DNA of 64,000 nucleotides from contig NC_086118.1 of NCBI RefSeq assembly GCF_963921235.1, positions 28,832,001-28,896,000 of the forward strand, read 5' to 3'. Each line of letters opens with the position of its first letter. Positions within the stretch are counted from its first letter, which is position 1. Below the pieces are notes generated by a model that was not told the DNA's origin, ran no database searches, and saw nothing but the letters and a program-made list of their open reading frames with translations. This document shows positions 60,491 to 64,000 of the stretch, in pieces. Made by a program: the position numbers and the translations under genes. The stretch is from Mobula hypostoma (Eukaryota).

Positions 60491-62834
60491 TTCTGCTGAA
60501 TTGAAAGATCAGGTTGAGTTTGGACCCAACATTACCAGAATTTAGCAGTATGTTTTCGAGAATCACACTTAAATAGTGGACAATAAAAGTTTGGTATGTG
60601 AACTTAACACACACACATGGACTTGTAACCAGCAATGAGTCAACATTATCAAGGGAAGGAAGTAATGCAATTTAAAAGTAACCTTTATGATAAATAGTGC
60701 CAATGCTTTTAAAATTTTAAACTTTCAATGTACAGTGAGTGTTTAATAATATATTGAAAGAGCCTCACTACATCGTCTGTATCCTATTCATAGGCACTAA
60801 AGGCCTATCATAAATAAAGCTTTCTTAGAAGATAATCACACAGTATGGTTAACTACAAGGAATCATTAATTATTTTAATAAATTAAATGTGATGTATTTT
60901 CCTCTTTATTAATGTACAGCTGAAAGAAATTTCCTTCTACTGTCAGTGTACTTTGAGCTCATAGCACTAAACATTACTAGCGGGAGATTATCTGTTCTAA
61001 ATTCAATTAAAGTAGCACCTCCTGTGATTTCTTACTCATTTTGAATCTTCTTTGTAAATGATTTTTCTCATCAAAAATCAGAACAAACCCCCATTAGTAA
61101 TTTAGATTAATTATTATGAGTTAATGTGTCCCAGTGGAACCTTTTGAATGAATTCATTATAAACATCAACAAAATAGTGTTAGTTTTCCCCTGTTGGCAT
61201 TATGACAACATTAAAACTGCAATAACTCATATTTGAAAAGTTAATTCCAAGAAGATGCCTATGTAAAAGATTTAATTAAATAGTGAACTAAATTACACAT
61301 GTTAAAACAGATGGTTTTGAATCAGGCAGCTGTAAGGCGTGAATATAACAGAAGAAGAAAGTGGGAAAAGTCGTGATGAGATTAAGTACAGTGAAGACCA
61401 ATCCTATTTCATTAAGAAAACTTTAGCCTTCAAATACAACCAGGACATCTCTCAAAAGCAATACATTAAGATTGTTTTGTCACCAGTGTTTATAGTAAGC
61501 ACGAAGTAATCAGTGTCTTTTATTTAAATTATGATTAATACTTATCTCTCTCTGGTGACACGACATAACATTTTCTCTTCATCTTAAGCATGTGGAATGA
61601 AGTTATATTCCTTTAATATAATCATTCCTGTTAGCTTTGACTCCTATTAGACATCCACTATGGTAGTTGATCCAGGGTTTATATATTTATGTTGTCTCAC
61701 ACTGAGGAGCAAGCTGTGTGGGAAAAGGAAACACTGTCCCCTTGTTTGCAACCAAAGGAAACTGGAGATTTTTTCTGAAAAATTGAAGTAAATATGTACT
61801 ATTTTAGTATTTTGTTTTAAAGAGATGAAGTCAATTAAAATTACATTGTGGAGATTATTTGTGACGTCGATTTTCCAATTAACTGTGCAACTCTTGACAA
61901 GATTAAGGTTCTGTGTCTTCGGGTTTCCTTTCTAAGGTTTTCATCTTTTTACTATTTGAGAAAAGTTCTAGAAATATATTTCTGCAGTACTGTAATTGCA
62001 ATCTGTAACGCTGTCTGTTTGTAAGGTGAACTAAACAATTCAGGAATAAAATAATGTCAGAAACATCAAACCCTAATGTCAAAACATTTAAATAAGCAAA
62101 GCCTTGCCTTTAAGTGTTAGTTAAGAGACACGTAAAGCACTTTTTAAATGTAGTTACTGTTTATATTGACACAATTTGACATTTTTTTTCTTTGAACTGC
62201 TAAAGAAATGGGCACAAATTCCATATGAATGTCTGCTGTGATGTCTTTCTCATAACATCTATGACAGAACCCAAAGATGAAAACTAAACATAAAGGAGAA
62301 GGTTTCTATGTCAGATGGAAAATGCAATTTGTTCACAAGCACCAAATATTTCAAGGTGTATTTTGCACATTCTTAGAAAGTAATTATCTGGATTAATTTC
62401 AGCATTTTTTATGCTCGTATATTTACATAATCCATGTGCAGCAGATATGAATAAGAATACTTACTTTCTGTACCAGATTATTTTTTCTGCGAATATGGGA
62501 TCAGAGCTTTAAGCACTAAGGACCAAAAGAGTTGGAAGCAGAGAATATACGTAATTCTGCTAGGACTGCCACCTCTTTCACCCATCCTTACTAAAGCAGA
62601 GGAAACAATTAAAAGCCAGCAAATCAGTAGAGCAAGGATAGAAGCTTGGTGCAAGTTGCACTGAGTTTTTATTCATGAATTTTTTTAAAAAGAATAGCAA
62701 TCTGTTTATATTCTAGGAAGCATCTGCTCAATCATTACTTTATGAAAGAAATAAAGGTATTAGTGAACCTGTGGCTGAAGACAGCAGCAGTAATTCCTTG
62801 ATCAACAATATAACTCTGGGTACAATAATTTTAT

Positions 62835-63540
62835 GGAGTCACAGAGCACAGAGAATTACAGCACAGGAACAGGCTATTTGGCCCATCCAGTCCATGCTAA
62901 ACTGTTATCCTACCCAGTCCCATCGGCCTGCACATGGAGCATAGCCCTCCATAACCCTCCCATCCATGTAGTTAACAATATATCTCTTCAGTGTTGAAAT
63001 TAAACCTGCATCCATGACTTCCGCTGGCAGCTCATTCCAAACTTCACCACTCTCTGGGTGAAGAATTTCTCCCTAGCTTCCCGGTAATATTTCACCTTTT
63101 ACTCCTAACCCATGAACTCTAGTGCTGGTCTCACCCAACCTCAGTGGGAAAGTCCTGCTTGCCTTAACCCTATCTCAGCCCCTCTTCATTTTGTATACTT
63201 TATCAAATCATCCCTCATTCTTCTACACTCCAAGGAATAAAGTCCTAACCTATTGAACTTTCCCTATAACTTGGGTCCTCGTCCCAACAACACCATTGTA
63301 AATTTTTCCTGTACTCTTTTGTAGTCATGCACTTTGAATGATATTTTCCCTGTAGGTAGGTGATCAGAATTGCACACAACACTCCAAATTAGGATCCAGC
63401 AATGTCTTCTTCATCTTCCACAAAAGATCCTAACTCCTGTACTCATTATTTTCATTTACAAAGGCCAATGTGCGTAAAGCTCTCTTTAAGACCCTATCTA
63501 CTGTGACACCACTTTCAAGGAATTATTAATCTGTATTCTC
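62835..63540 (-). mobile_element. CR1-type LINE 3' fragment
   Basis: Reverse complement gives KTLLDPNLECCVQF*SPTYRENI (cf. 26120-26192) and the CR1 3' UTR/tail. Confidence 0.78.
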
Positions 63541-63654
63541 AGATGATAAATAAAAACTGAAATAGGGAGATGCTACACATGTAATTGATCATTTGTAGTA
63601 CTTGGTCATAATTAAAGTTACAAAATAAAATGTCTTGTCATTGAAAGGTAAGCC

Positions 63655-64000
63655 CCGATATCAGAATCAGGTTTAACAACACCAACATGTGTCATGAAAT
63701 TTGTTAACTTAGTTGCAGCAGTACAATGCAATACATGATAATATAGAAAGAAAAAAATAAATAAATCAATCAATTACAATCAGTATATATATGCATATTG
63801 AATAGTTTGATTAAAAATAGTGCAAAACAGAAATAATATATTTAAAAAATGAGGTAGTGTTCATGAGTTCAATGTCCATTTAGGAATCGTATAGCAGGGG
63901 GGAAGAAGCTGTTTCTGAATCACTGAGTGAGTGCCTTCAAGCTTCTGTACCTCCTTCCCAATGGTAACAATGAGAAGAGGGCATGCCCTGGGTAATGGGG
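63655..64000 (-). mobile_element. Rex1-type LINE 3' end (runs off window edge)
   Basis: ATCAGAATCAGG tail; reverse complement encodes HYPGHALFSLLPLGRRYRSLKALTQ*FRNSFFPPAIRFLN. Confidence 0.8.

Overview
Eukaryotic (vertebrate) AT-rich intronic/intergenic DNA dominated by decayed transposable elements; no prokaryotic-type system is present. The repeat mix (Penelope-like elements with GIY-YIG endonuclease, CR1 and Rex1/Babar-type LINEs, V-SINE-type SINEs, Ty3/Gypsy LTR elements, Tc1/mariner and hAT MITEs) is consistent with a cartilaginous fish, probably a ray (inference, not tested). No intact protein-coding gene can be supported; only a few isolated + strand exon-like segments (5942-5989, 51816-51827, 59344-59418) hint at a large host gene. 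Most ORFs in the six-frame track are TE remnants or noise. Most interesting sequence-level observations: (1) many Penelope pseudo-LTR copies, including 134-209 bp mini/fold-back insertions with their own target-site duplications (TSDs), carry a minimal type-I hammerhead ribozyme motif, with two same-strand copies ~516 nt apart that could form a dimeric hammerhead; (2) a Tf1/sushi-group Gypsy element shows a clear tRNA-independent self-priming signature; (3) a ~43-copy 26-bp minisatellite was born inside a LINE coding motif; (4) a ~10 kb, three-level nest of retroelements with readable TSDs at 37.6-47.2 kb. These are instances of known classes of mechanism; I cannot claim a wholly undescribed system from this sequence alone. 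Coordinates of TSD-bounded elements were read base by base; edges of decayed fragments are approximate.
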